Assembly: GCA_037444665.1 (NCBI GenBank)
Contig: JBBILZ010000016.1
Location: 1 to 44,743, forward strand
Source: a candidate division WOR-3 bacterium
Lineage (GTDB): Bacteria > Hydrothermota > Tepidihabitantia > SM23-42 > JAOAFX01
DNA length: 44,743 nt
Direction: 5' to 3'
The notes below the pieces were generated by a model. It ran no database searches. It worked only from the letters and a program-made list of their open reading frames with translations, and was not told where the DNA came from. The position numbers and the translations under genes are program-made. Shown one piece after another: positions 25,563-36,066 of this stretch; the first letter of the stretch is position 1; each line of letters opens with the position of its first letter.

Positions 25563-27917
25563 TCAAAAGATCAATTATCATTATTATTTTAATGATAATT
25601 TATGTAGGCGCGAGTTTATACCGCACACGCCTGAGCAAATATTTTGAGTATTATGATCCCAATGACCCGACCGCATTCTACTGGACCGAAAATGCACTCC
25701 AGTATCATTATGCTGAACTTGTAGCAAACGGAGAGCCAATACCGAATTTTGACCCTAAATTACAGGCACCACAGGGTGTAAAGATATTTGAAAATTTAAC
25801 CATTATGATGGAATACCCCTGTGGCTGGCTCTATCGTTTTTTAAAATTAAAAGAAAAAAATATTCTGTTCCACACCTGGACCATCCTCTTCATTGCTGTT
25901 TTTGCAAGTTTGAGCATATTCAGCATCTATCTAATCTGCCGTGCAATAGGAATAAATGAATTCTATGCTATTATCGCTACACTACTATCAAATTTTTCTT
26001 TAGTCGCAGTAGGCCGTTCAACCTTTGGTTTTTTGAATGAAGATTTTGCCCTGCCCTTCATCCTTTTTGGACTTGCTCTTTATCTCTATGCCTTATCTCG
26101 CACTGAAAAAAAATTTGTTTTATCTCCCATTGCTGGGCTATGTTTTCTAATCAGTCTCAGTGCCTGGCATTTTTCCCGTTTCATCTTTCTGGTGATAATT
26201 ATTATCTCTGTAATAAATCTCTGGATATTTGAGAAAAAAGCAAAAATGCGTGAAGATAATGCATTTACAATTTTGATGATTCTATTAAGCCCTTTTTTGG
26301 GTAGTTTCTTTATACCGGTTCTTAAGAGCAGATTCTATTTTCTATCACCTGTATTTGGCTTGGGTTTTGGTGCAGTGGTCGGCATACTTTTTTTCAAACA
26401 AAAAATTGAAAAACCACTGCTCTTTTCTATTTCTGGATGGCTTTCAATCATTTTCAATCATTCCGGGATTGCTACTTTGCGGTGTGAGCATCTTGCTCTC
26501 GCACATACTTACAACTGAAACAGAATATATCCATGTCTGGTCATTACTGATAAACAAAATAAAGTATATGGGCATTAAACCCTCAAATCCTGAACTGCTC
26601 GATTATCCTGCACGTTCATTATGGATTGAGGCTTTCAATAGTCCCCATCCAGTAAGTCTATTTAAAAATCTCTTTCCAATAATCATCCCGGCAATAATCG
26701 GCTTTATAAATTTAGTTAAAAATTACTCTGATAAAATACATATCAGACAATTTATTATTTTTTCCTTGCTCTTTTTCTTGAGTTATCTTGCTATTGAAAG
26801 GATGGGCGTGGTGAATAACTATTTTCTTGTTGTTCTAAGCGTTTCCATCTCCACAATCATTTTTAGAAAACTTTCAGGATTGTATAAATCTTTAATTCCT
26901 GCGTTATTGATAATAATATTTTTGTTCAATTTTTATCAGGGTTATCACCTGCACCAACCGACCAATTATATAAAGATTTTACGCAAAATCTTCGGAAACG
27001 AAACCACAGATATTATTTATAACTGGCGCCTCAACAATACTGAACTTGTCAGATATATAAAATTGAAAACCCCTGAAAATTCAATTTTCTTATCCTCTTT
27101 TAATGTTGGACCCCTTATTCTAACCTATGCAGGAAGACCAATTGCCCTGCAACCAAAATTTGAAGTCAAAGATTGTCAGAGTAGAGTTAAAGAATTTTTT
27201 GACGCTATTTACAGCAATGAAGAAGATTTTTATAATCTCTGTAAAAAATGGCAGATTGATTATTTTGTATATGACATAAGATTGCTACTTGATGATTCTA
27301 AAGATGGTTGTCGCTGGGTTGCTGGGAAAATGAAGATTGCAAGTAACACTGCCGTATTTATGCTCCACTTTTTACCCGATAAATTAAACCATTTTGAGTT
27401 AATCTATCAAAATAATTTTTATCGCATTTTTAAGGTTATGAAAGATATTGAACGACCTCAGTTTCATTTATTTTACTATCAACCAGTCTATGATTTAAAA
27501 ATATATGGTAATCAATCATCAAAAACTGATTTTTTTGATGACCATTACACAAAGAATGTTTTGAACAAAATCAGACAAGCAAAGTATCTACTGCAGAAGG
27601 CTAATATCCTTTTGACGACCAATCCTGCAAAGGCACTGGAGTTGATGGAAAGTTCAGTTGCATTGGACCCTACACTTATTGGTTCATTGACCACACTCGG
27701 CATTGCCTATGCATTGAACAACAGAATTGAACAGGGATTATCATTATGTCAAAAAGAGGTAGAAATAAACCCGCTTTTCCCGCTGGGACATTACAATCTT
27801 GCGTATTGTTTCTATCTTAAAGATGATACATTCGGTGCAATACAGGAATTAAAAGAAGCATTGAGATTGGAACCAAATTTTTTACCGGCAAAAGAGATGC
27901 TGAAACAACTACAATGA
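25547..27917 (+). CDS. DPY19/STT3-fold GT-C glycosyltransferase with C-terminal TPR repeats; split by a 10-bp duplication
   Basis: Removing one TTTCAATCAT copy joins the two ORFs (GWLSIIPGLLL) into 786 aa. Motifs WTENALQYHY, NEDFALPF, WHFSRF, ELVRYIK..TP..SIF, RPIALQPKFE and FELIYQN..YRIFKV; TPR tail. Confidence 0.75.
26442..26461 (+). repeat. Perfect 10-bp tandem duplication (frameshift)
   Basis: TTTCAATCAT x2. Confidence 0.85.
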
Positions 27918-27954
27918 ATTGAGACCCATTGATTTTTATCTAAATATCTATGCC

Positions 27955-27982
27955 TTGACAATTGCCCAAAATTAAATAAAAT
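27955..27982 (+). promoter_or_regulatory. Putative leaderless sigma70 promoter for the fab operon
   Basis: TTGACA-16 bp-TAAAAT-6 nt-ATG, no Shine-Dalgarno. Confidence 0.6.
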
Positions 27983-27988
27983 TAAAAT

Positions 27989-28720
27989 ATGATTCTTGAT
28001 AAAAAGATTGCTCTGGTGACTGGTGGTGCCAGTGGCATAGGTGCGGCGATTGCTAAAAAATTTATTGAGAATGGTGCCGTTGTAATTATTGTTGATGTGG
28101 ACCAGGAATTGGGCAATACCACTGCAAAACAACTCGGGGAAATGGCACATTTTTATTATATGAATATTGCTGATGAGCAATCGGTCAATGATACGATAAA
28201 TCAAATATTGAACACCTTTACAAAAATAGACATACTCGTAAATAATGCCGGAATAACAAACGACAAACTACTGATAAGGATGACAAAGGAAGACTGGGAA
28301 AGGGTAATTAATATAAACCTCACCGGCACTTTTCTTGTAACCAGGGCAGTCGTAAAATATATGATGAAACAACACTATGGTAAGATTGTTAATATTGCTT
28401 CGGTCATTGGTATGATTGGCAATGCCGGGCAGGTAAATTATGCGGCAAGCAAGGCGGGTATTATCGGATTTACAAAATCCTGTGCCAAAGAACTTGCTTC
28501 GCGCAACATCACCGTGAACGCAATTGCCCCGGGCTTCATTGAAACAAGAATGACAGAAAAATTGCCTGATGAAATCAAACAGATGTATTTCAAATTAATC
28601 CCCCTGGGCAGATTTGGTAAACCAGAAGATGTTTCAAACCTTGCACTTTTCTTATGTTCGGACCAGGCAGATTATATTACTGGTCAGGTAATCGCCATTG
28701 ATGGCGGAATGGTAATGTAA
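27989..28720 (+). CDS. fabG: 3-oxoacyl-ACP reductase
   Basis: TGGASGIG, NNAGIT.D, GNAGQVNYAASKAG and VNAIAPGFIET; upstream of acpP-fabF. Confidence 0.95.
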   Translation: MILDKKIALVTGGASGIGAAIAKKFIENGAVVIIVDVDQELGNTTAKQLGEMAHFYYMNIADEQSVNDTINQILNTFTKIDILVNNAGITNDKLLIRMTKEDWERVININLTGTFLVTRAVVKYMMKQHYGKIVNIASVIGMIGNAGQVNYAASKAGIIGFTKSCAKELASRNITVNAIAPGFIETRMTEKLPDEIKQMYFKLIPLGRFGKPEDVSNLALFLCSDQADYITGQVIAIDGGMVM

Positions 28721-28752
28721 ATTGTTTAACAAAAATTGAAAGGAGATAAACA

Positions 28753-28992
28753 ATGGCAATATTTGATGATGTAAGAAATATTATTGTGGAACAACTCCAT
28801 GTTCCACCGGAAAAAGTAAATACCGACGCAAAGTTTATTGAAGACCTCGGCGCTGATTCTTTGGATACAGTAGAACTTATTATGGCATTTGAAGAGAAAT
28901 TTAATATTCAGATACCCGAAGAAGATGCTCAGAAACTTGATACCGTAGGCAAGGCAATTGCCTATCTTGAAGATAAATTAAAAACAAAATGA
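28753..28992 (+). CDS. acpP: Acyl carrier protein
   Basis: [18 protein letters not shown]. Confidence 0.97.
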   Translation: MAIFDDVRNIIVEQLHVPPEKVNTDAKFIEDLGADSLDTVELIMAFEEKFNIQIPEEDAQKLDTVGKAIAYLEDKLKTK

Positions 28993-30230
28993 AAAGGGTA
29001 GTAATAACCGGCATTGGCGCAATTACACCCCTGGGCAACGATGTCCCGACAACATGGACCAGTATGCTACAGGGCAAGAGTGGCATTGATTTAATAAAAT
29101 CATTTGATACCTCAAAACACACAGTAAAGATTGCCGGCGAAGTAAAGAATTTCCAACCAGAAACAAAAATTGACCCAAAGATGATTAAAAGGCTTGATCG
29201 CTGTGTTCAACTGAGTATCTGGGCGACAATTGAAGCAGTGGCAGATGCAGGGATTGATTTTGAAAAGTATGACAAAACTGACATCGGTGTAATTATTGGC
29301 TCTGGCATAGGTGGACTACTCACCTGGGAAGAAGAGCATATAAAATTTATGAATCAGGGCCCGGGTCGGGTTTCACCCTTTTTGATTCCAATGATGATTC
29401 CGGATATGACCTCAGGCTATGTCGCAATCCACTATGGTTTAAAGGGTCCGAATTATACTACTGTGTCTGCCTGTGCTTCTGGTGCCCATGCAATCGGCAC
29501 TGCCTTCCGAGAAATCAAATTGGGCAATGCTTCAGTCATTGTTACTGGTGGTGCTGAAGCTCCGGTAACACCATTTGCCCTTGCTGGATTCAGCAATATG
29601 CGCGCCCTTTCCCGTCGTAATGAAGAACCACAGAAGGCATCCAGGCCCTTTGACCAGGCAAGGGATGGTTTTGTGATGGCAGAAGGAGCCGCAACATTAA
29701 TTCTTGAAGAACTGGAATTTGCCAGAAAACGGGGTGCAAAAATCTATGGCGAAATTGTTGGGTTTGGCGCAACTGGTGATGGTTATCATATCACTGCGCC
29801 ATCGCCCGATGGCGAAGGTGCACGACGGGCAATGGAACGGGCAATAAAAGAAGCAGGATGCCAAAAAGAGGCAATAGACTATATCAATACACATGGTACA
29901 TCTACAGATTTAAACGACAAATTTGAAGCAAAGGCAATAAAGGACCTGTTTGGTGAACACGCACCTAAAATTCTGCTCAATTCAACAAAATCAATGACTG
30001 GACATACACTCGGCGCTGCCGGCGCAATTGAAGCAATCGTAACAATCTTATCAATAAAAGAACAGATTATACATCCTTCTGTAAATTTAGAAAATCCTGA
30101 CCCGGAATGTGCGGGATTAAATTTTGCATTAAACCAAGCCCGTAAGACAAAAATTGACTATGCCCTATCCAATTCACTCGGTTTTGGTGGGCATAATGTA
30201 TCATTGTGTTTTAAACGGTTTGTGGAATGA
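28989..30230 (+). CDS. fabF: Beta-ketoacyl-ACP synthase II
   Basis: [27 protein letters not shown] and [10 protein letters not shown]. Confidence 0.96.
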   Translation: MKRVVITGIGAITPLGNDVPTTWTSMLQGKSGIDLIKSFDTSKHTVKIAGEVKNFQPETKIDPKMIKRLDRCVQLSIWATIEAVADAGIDFEKYDKTDIGVIIGSGIGGLLTWEEEHIKFMNQGPGRVSPFLIPMMIPDMTSGYVAIHYGLKGPNYTTVSACASGAHAIGTAFREIKLGNASVIVTGGAEAPVTPFALAGFSNMRALSRRNEEPQKASRPFDQARDGFVMAEGAATLILEELEFARKRGAKIYGEIVGFGATGDGYHITAPSPDGEGARRAMERAIKEAGCQKEAIDYINTHGTSTDLNDKFEAKAIKDLFGEHAPKILLNSTKSMTGHTLGAAGAIEAIVTILSIKEQIIHPSVNLENPDPECAGLNFALNQARKTKIDYALSNSLGFGGHNVSLCFKRFVE

Positions 30231-30240
30231 AATCTGATTA

Positions 30241-30834
30241 ATGAAAAAATATGGTAAATTATTCATTGGTATTGGAGGTAATATTGGTTCAGGAAAAACA
30301 ACGGTTGCAAAAATTTTCCAATCATACGGTATGAAATATATATCTGCGGATAGAATTGGCTGGAGTGTGCTTCCGGAGATTGCGGATAAATTAAGAGAAA
30401 AATATGGTGATAAAATATTTTCTGGCTCCAGGATTGACCGTACTAAATTACGTAATTTTGTTTTTAGCAACCCATCGTATTTAAGACACCTGAACCGATT
30501 ATCTCATCCATTTCTGCTAAAGAAGATCTTTGAAAAACTAAAGAGGATACATCGTGGTATGGTGGTGATTGATGCAGCGTTGCTTTTTGATTGGCACAAA
30601 TTACTGGAAAAAATAGATTACCCGATTCTGGTTACATCAACAAAGGCGCTAAAAAGAAAACGGGCATTACAAAGGGGTATCTCTAAAAAAGTATTTGAAC
30701 AAATACTACGAAATCAGAAAACCGAATCCGAGATGGTAAAGTGTGCAAAATATATTATAAAAAACAATGGCACGCTTGGGCAACTGAAAAAGCAGTGCCG
30801 AAAGATTTTTAAGGAGTTGAAAAATGATTGTTGA
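30241..30834 (+). CDS. coaE: Dephospho-CoA kinase
   Basis: GIGGNIGSGKTT, SAD, IDR.KL...VF, LN...HP, DAALLF and I.NNG. Confidence 0.88.
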   Translation: MKKYGKLFIGIGGNIGSGKTTVAKIFQSYGMKYISADRIGWSVLPEIADKLREKYGDKIFSGSRIDRTKLRNFVFSNPSYLRHLNRLSHPFLLKKIFEKLKRIHRGMVVIDAALLFDWHKLLEKIDYPILVTSTKALKRKRALQRGISKKVFEQILRNQKTESEMVKCAKYIIKNNGTLGQLKKQCRKIFKELKNDC

Positions 30835-31535
30835 ATGCAGTAATTGCCATGCAAAGTATAATGTCAATGAAAATAAAATTCCTCCTGCTGGTGTTAAGGT
30901 GCGGTGTCCAAAATGTCAGAATATAATCTTAGTAAAAAAAGAAGAAACTGTTTTATCACCCAAGATAGAACCACCACCAGTACCCAAGGTTGAGCCATCA
31001 GCACCACCCAAAGTTGAACCACCCCCTACTCCCAAGATTGAAGAGCCACCAATACCAAAGGTTGAAAAACCAATAGTACAGGAACCACCTGTACCTAAAC
31101 CACCTGAGCCAGAAGTTCCAGCACCTCCAGAACCTGAAATGCCTGAAACCCCACCAGTGCAAAAACCTGTAGCACCAGAACCTGAACCAGTTATAAAACA
31201 ACCAAGTCCACCACCTGTAGATAGCACCAGAACCTGAACCAGTTATAAAACAACCAAGTCCACCACCTGTAGAAATGAGTGAAGAAGATAAAAAATGGCA
31301 TGAGCGGGCAAGGCGACTTGCCAAGGCGCTCGCCTCAGACCTGGTTCTTTATAATCAGGAAAAAGTTGAACAGGGTCTGCGCGACGGCACATTGGTTCAA
31401 CTTTTAGGTTCTGAAATCAGGCGCTCCTGGGAATATTACTGCCAGCAAATTCCCAAGCATATCATTGAAAATAGTGATTATTTTAAAGAACAATTAAATA
31501 AAATTGTCGGCAAGGGAAAAGAGATCTTTAAATAA
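30824..31535 (+). CDS. MJ0042-family zinc-ribbon protein with Pro-rich linker and helical C-terminal domain; split by a 52-bp duplication
   Basis: MIVECSNC.AKY....KIP..GVKVRCPKC. Removing one copy joins ...PPPVEMSEEDKKWHERARRLA... into 219 aa. Confidence 0.82.
31170..31273 (+). repeat. Perfect 52-bp tandem duplication (frameshift)
   Basis: TAGCACCAGAACCTGAACCAGTTATAAAACAACCAAGTCCACCACCTGTAGA x2. Confidence 0.93.
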
Positions 31536-31546
31536 ATTTTGGTGTA

Positions 31547-32851
31547 TCAACCGCCGATTAAATAAAAAGATAATCCAAAACCAGTTTCAGTATACCACCA
31601 TTCCAAATATCTATAAAACTTTAACCGCGCGGCAAAATCAATCTTCATCTTTGCGTTAACCGGACAAAAACCAAAACCTGCAGTAATAACACTTTCCAGT
31701 TCATTGAAATAAATACTATTTTTAGGTGCTGCAAAACCAAATGAATAGCCAACGCGCATGGCAATCTGTTTATTGGCGAATAAAACTTCGCATCCCTGAC
31801 TAATACGATTAAAATGTTCTGTCCCGGTATATCCATATGTATAATAATTTATTTTATGCTGATATTGAATACCCAGTAAATTTAAATAGGAAATCCCAAA
31901 ATCAATCTCCAATCGTTTAACTTTATCAATCAAGCCAAATTGATAATATACATTTCTATTCTCATACTGTGACAAAAAACCGAGAGAGAAATACTTATCG
32001 TGGTTCTGGATTTTATGGCGTGCCTGAACCTTAAACAACCCTCCATGATTCGTTGTGCTATCATCGGGGTTGTAAAAAATTTGGTAGTCAGATTTAAAAC
32101 CAAGGTTCAGGCCTTGACCCGAATAAATAAGAGGGCACTTAATAGTATGAAAAGAATAAAATTCGGGTGCTCTATAGCTTTCAAGATGGTGTTTTATCCT
32201 TTCAAATTTGTACGCAAGACCAATTGTTATGTGATTGTTATTTAATTTGATTAAAGAAGAAGGCTCTCCATAAATGGTATTTGCATAATAGATGCGCGGA
32301 CCATAAAAATATTTTGTTTCCGAATTATAAAATTCATAACCAGCTCTCATTGCTGTGTTAATATTTCTGAATGTATGGCAGAAGGTCAGTGTATCATTTA
32401 TAGTTTTACTACTTAATGTAGTATAGCCATATATCGCATTGTAATACTTCAATCTATCTCTTGATAAATCAAGTGAACCACTAATAGCATTGTTATTGCC
32501 AATCTTTGTAGTACCAGAACCAAGCATCCTCTCGGCAAAATGTTCATTCTGACCGAAATCTTCATCAGTCATATCAAATGCAATTATGCCCGGTATATAA
32601 ACAATTGGTTTAGAATATACCTCGTCTATCAATCCTGCGCCAATCTCGCCAAAATCGTAACCAGTAATCTTATTATCAAAATCTTCTATAACAATATCAA
32701 TATCACCCATTGCAGAGAGGCGCAAGTTTTCGCTCATTAAAAAGGAACTTTCAACTTCAATTGGCATAGGATTACCAGAAATAAATCCTGGAATGCATAA
32801 AAAGAAACCTATAATAAAAATTATTTCTATATTAAACAATCTATTTTCCAT
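31547..32851 (-). CDS. Putative outer-membrane beta-barrel protein
   Basis: Signal peptide; R..AMG N-terminal motif; alternating aromatic-rich strands; ends ..FGLSFY.. Confidence 0.6.
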   Translation of the reverse strand: MENRLFNIEIIFIIGFFLCIPGFISGNPMPIEVESSFLMSENLRLSAMGDIDIVIEDFDNKITGYDFGEIGAGLIDEVYSKPIVYIPGIIAFDMTDEDFGQNEHFAERMLGSGTTKIGNNNAISGSLDLSRDRLKYYNAIYGYTTLSSKTINDTLTFCHTFRNINTAMRAGYEFYNSETKYFYGPRIYYANTIYGEPSSLIKLNNNHITIGLAYKFERIKHHLESYRAPEFYSFHTIKCPLIYSGQGLNLGFKSDYQIFYNPDDSTTNHGGLFKVQARHKIQNHDKYFSLGFLSQYENRNVYYQFGLIDKVKRLEIDFGISYLNLLGIQYQHKINYYTYGYTGTEHFNRISQGCEVLFANKQIAMRVGYSFGFAAPKNSIYFNELESVITAGFGFCPVNAKMKIDFAARLKFYRYLEWWYTETGFGLSFYLIGG

Positions 32852-32866
32852 TTTTAATTATATATA

Positions 32867-32894
32867 ATTATAACACATTTTTAAAATTTGTCAA
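32867..32894 (-). promoter_or_regulatory. Putative sigma70 promoter
   Basis: TTGACA-16 bp-TATAAT on the minus strand. Confidence 0.6.
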
Positions 32895-32983
32895 GTAAAT
32901 TTACCATTGCCAATCCTCTCCACTTTTCTGAATTACTATCTGCTTTTCTCCCCCTTTGGCAAAGGGAGATGGTTTTCCCAATT

Positions 32984-33084
32984 GTAGTTGCCCGATTTAT
33001 CGGGCATAGACTAAATTTTTTAACCCAAAAACGCTTCATAAATGAGGCAACTACTGCATCCGGTTGAAAATGGATGCTTTAACC
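32984..33084. repeat. GTAG-type REP doublet, copy C, with a shared 3' tail
   Basis: GTAGTTGCCCGATTTATCGGGC...GCTTCATAAATGAGGCAACTAC plus TGCATCCGGTTGAAAATGGATGCTTTAACC (tail identical in copy D). Confidence 0.85.
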
Positions 33085-33819
33085 AATCCCACTTTACCTT
33101 TCTTTATTTTACTTAGATTAACAATCTTGGTCATTATTTTTTGCACTATCTTTTTAAATCCCACCTGTAAAGACACCAAAGATTTGAAACCACCAGAAGA
33201 TACACTCTTACCACCACCTGCTCCACCAAAGCTCCTATCACCCTCTGACAGTTTTGTGCGTATGCCTACTGAGGCAACTGGTAGATTGTTGCTGACCTGG
33301 GAGGCAATTAAAGATGCAAAAATATATGAAATATATTTTGATGGCGATACCACTGATGAGTGGACCGTCTCTACTGATACGAATTTCTTTAGTCTTCGTT
33401 TACAAGGTGAACCCTGGGAATACATGCTTGACAAATTCATCTGGAAGGTCCGTGCAAACAGCTCTAAATGGCAGTATTATACAGATTGGTCTGAGCCACG
33501 ACATTTTGAAATCAGGCTTCGGCCTGAACCGCCCCATTTTATTTATCCACCCAATGATACAAATCTTTTCTTTGATACACTGCCTGCAGAACTGACTCTT
33601 GAATGGACCGTTGTCCAGGACGAACAATTTTACGATGTGAAACTATTGATTGACACATTCCCATATTATGTAACAACCGTTCAAAACAATTCCTGCATAA
33701 TAATCCTTGATACCACCGGAACATACTATTGGCAGGTGCGTGCAGGGAGCAAATACTGGGAATACTATACAGAATGGTCAGCATTATGGCGTTTCAGCGT
33801 AACAACTTCTGTTCAGTAA
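33070..33819 (+). CDS. Putative lipoprotein with two fibronectin-III/Ig-like repeats
   Basis: Hydrophobic leader ending in Cys (PTC); two repeats P.L..P.D...L.W......Y.......W.VRA....W.YYT.WS....F. Confidence 0.7.
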   Translation: MDALTNPTLPFFILLRLTILVIIFCTIFLNPTCKDTKDLKPPEDTLLPPPAPPKLLSPSDSFVRMPTEATGRLLLTWEAIKDAKIYEIYFDGDTTDEWTVSTDTNFFSLRLQGEPWEYMLDKFIWKVRANSSKWQYYTDWSEPRHFEIRLRPEPPHFIYPPNDTNLFFDTLPAELTLEWTVVQDEQFYDVKLLIDTFPYYVTTVQNNSCIIILDTTGTYYWQVRAGSKYWEYYTEWSALWRFSVTTSVQ

Positions 33820-33829
33820 AATTAAGTTT

Positions 33830-34804
33830 TTATTTTAATTTTTGGGGTCTGGTTAGAATTCTGTTATAAAAATAGAAAAGTACCAATAGTAATATTATTA
33901 ATAATACAACCAGATAATGTAATGGAATGAGATGGGCATTATGCGTATTGAACCAATAAATATCAAGTGATGTATAGGCGATAAAAATCTGGATCAGTGA
34001 TATTATAGTCACCAATAAATATACTGCGCGTGGGTCACGATACCTGTTTCTTGTCATAAAAAATATAATAACACTTATAGCAAATAAAACTATTTGCGGC
34101 ATTATACCGGCATAGAGAAAAGATATCTTTGGACCCCAGCCATCTGGATTTCCCTGAAAATCAAAATGGGTCGCAATCCTATCTGGTAAATTCTGATAAA
34201 GCAATACAGTCATAATAATTGAAATAGTAAAGATTGTATCCGGAATTAATAAAATAAAAAAACTGGCTTTCTTTTTACTCGGTTCTATTCCAGTCTCAAT
34301 GGTCTCTTTAATTACAGATGTTCCTGTGGTTGATTTTAGCCAGTCAATCAACAACTCAGGCTTTTCTGGTGAAATTGCGAAAAATCCTGATTTTGCTTTT
34401 ATAATCAAAATATTTTTTAATCTGGTCAGTTGACAATTGATATTTCCATAGTCTTTTGTGGTAAAAATACCATAATAGCCAAATAAGCCACCATTACCCA
34501 TAGACCGCACAGGTTTTAATTTATTAAAGTCTGCAACTTCAATAAAACCTTCAATCATATTAAGTGGGATGATTATCTTTTTGCCTATCACCTTTTCAAT
34601 AACAAAATTACCACCTTGAATGTAATATTTACTGGGACTTAAAAGATAACTGAATAAAACAATTGATACCATCAACAGAGAAAAGAGCCAGCCAAAAGGA
34701 ATATTTTTTGCCGGGAAAAAAATTGCAAAGGCAATTAAAAATACTGTAACAACAATTGTAATGAGTGATGCCATAGTATCAAGTTTTGCAATCTTAAATT
34801 CCAT
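33830..34804 (-). CDS. Membrane protein with bacterial PH domain and DUF1648 domain
   Basis: R..GNGGLFGYYG...ISP (bPH-type) and LPDRIATHFDFQGNPDGWGPK (DUF1648). Confidence 0.78.
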   Translation of the reverse strand: MEFKIAKLDTMASLITIVVTVFLIAFAIFFPAKNIPFGWLFSLLMVSIVLFSYLLSPSKYYIQGGNFVIEKVIGKKIIIPLNMIEGFIEVADFNKLKPVRSMGNGGLFGYYGIFTTKDYGNINCQLTRLKNILIIKAKSGFFAISPEKPELLIDWLKSTTGTSVIKETIETGIEPSKKKASFFILLIPDTIFTISIIMTVLLYQNLPDRIATHFDFQGNPDGWGPKISFLYAGIMPQIVLFAISVIIFFMTRNRYRDPRAVYLLVTIISLIQIFIAYTSLDIYWFNTHNAHLIPLHYLVVLLIILLLVLFYFYNRILTRPQKLK

Positions 34805-34806
34805 AA

Positions 34807-36066
34807 TCACTCCAGGTCAACGAGCATCCTTTTTGCGGCATTATCAAGGGCATCATCTGGGGAACGCTCAAGTCTTAATGCTTCTTCAAGTGCCTCATTG
34901 AGATATATCCGACCGGTAAACCACTCCTTGACCTTGGGCTCGGTGCGCGCAAATTCAAGCTGGGCAACGATTTTATCGTAATTGGGATTCTCTGCAACAA
35001 ATTTTTGAAATTCAGATCGTCTTAATACACTCATTCTTGTGGGCAGGTAATAACTCGCTTTTGTCCAGGTAATTTGCTGGGAGGGTTCTAAGAACCACTT
35101 GATAAATTCCCAGGCAAGTCTTTTCTGCTTTTTATCCGATTTTGTAAAGATTCCAATATTGGTTCCGGCAATAACCACGCCTGATTTTTTCCCTTGCGGA
35201 AATGGTGCAACACCCATTTTAAATTTTGGTCTTCCCTTTAAGAATGCCCAGGATACGATTGATGCTGGTATTGTTCCAACCTTACCATTCAAAAATTCAT
35301 CCTGTCGCTGGAATCCTGGATTTAAGTAGAATAAACTATCCCTGACTAAATCAACGATATATTTTAGAACCTTAATTCCTGCCGAATCATTAAACATTGG
35401 CTTCTTTGCATCAGAATTATATAATGCACTACCTTCTTGATAGAGCATTGAGGAAAAATACCAAACATCAATGGGCCAGGAAGTTGGCATGATTTTTATT
35501 TTTTTTAATTTCTCGCAGGCAATCCTGAATTCACTCCAGTTTTGAGGAAAGTCTCTGATATCTGCCGAATCAAAGATTGTTGCATTGTAGTAAAATACAG
35601 GAAGACTCTTATTAAAAGGAAGTGTTACAACAATTGAGTCAAATGTATTATCTTCAATAAATACAGGAAAAAAGTCATTAAGATTAAAACTTGAATCCTG
35701 CATAATATAGTTCTGCAGGGGCTCTAAATAACCTGCCTTGTAAAACTGGTCAGTCCAGGATTCATACATCTGGGCAATGGTTGGTGGTGTATTAGAAGCA
35801 ATTGCACCCATCAGTTTCTGCGCCAGGGCATCGTAAGAACCCATCTGCACCGACCTTATCTCTCCTTCTGGATGTAGTCTATTAAATTCATCAATCATCG
35901 CTTCAAGTTTTTTGCCGATGGGACCACCCATTACATGCCAGAAATATACTACAGTCTTATCTTCCTTTTTACAGGAAACACTGATAAATAATATAGTGAT
36001 ACAGGAAACACTGATAAATAATATAGTGATAGAGTATATAAAAAAAAGTCGTACCCCATTTACCAT
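34807..36066 (-). CDS. ABC transporter extracellular solute-binding lipoprotein (UgpB/sugar family)
   Basis: Lipobox-like SVSC; FWH.M.G, PFNKS.PV.YYN and AWEFIKW...SYYLP; the start at 36066 overlaps the upstream stop. Confidence 0.88.
   Translation of the reverse strand: MVNGVRLFFIYSITILFISVSCITILFISVSCKKEDKTVVYFWHVMGGPIGKKLEAMIDEFNRLHPEGEIRSVQMGSYDALAQKLMGAIASNTPPTIAQMYESWTDQFYKAGYLEPLQNYIMQDSSFNLNDFFPVFIEDNTFDSIVVTLPFNKSLPVFYYNATIFDSADIRDFPQNWSEFRIACEKLKKIKIMPTSWPIDVWYFSSMLYQEGSALYNSDAKKPMFNDSAGIKVLKYIVDLVRDSLFYLNPGFQRQDEFLNGKVGTIPASIVSWAFLKGRPKFKMGVAPFPQGKKSGVVIAGTNIGIFTKSDKKQKRLAWEFIKWFLEPSQQITWTKASYYLPTRMSVLRRSEFQKFVAENPNYDKIVAQLEFARTEPKVKEWFTGRIYLNEALEEALRLERSPDDALDNAAKRMLVDLE
35971..36030 (+). 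repeat. Perfect 30-bp tandem duplication (in frame, duplicates the signal peptide)
   Basis: ACAGGAAACACTGATAAATAATATAGTGAT x2, giving ITILFISVSC twice. Confidence 0.92.

Noticed and set aside
30916..31324. Gly-rich antisense ORFs
   Set aside because: They are the reverse complement of the Pro-rich linker codons.
33070..33819. FN3 lipoprotein as substrate of the DPY19-like enzyme
   Set aside because: It has Trp-rich YYTxWS ends reminiscent of WSxWS but no canonical WxxW, and it is not adjacent to the enzyme.
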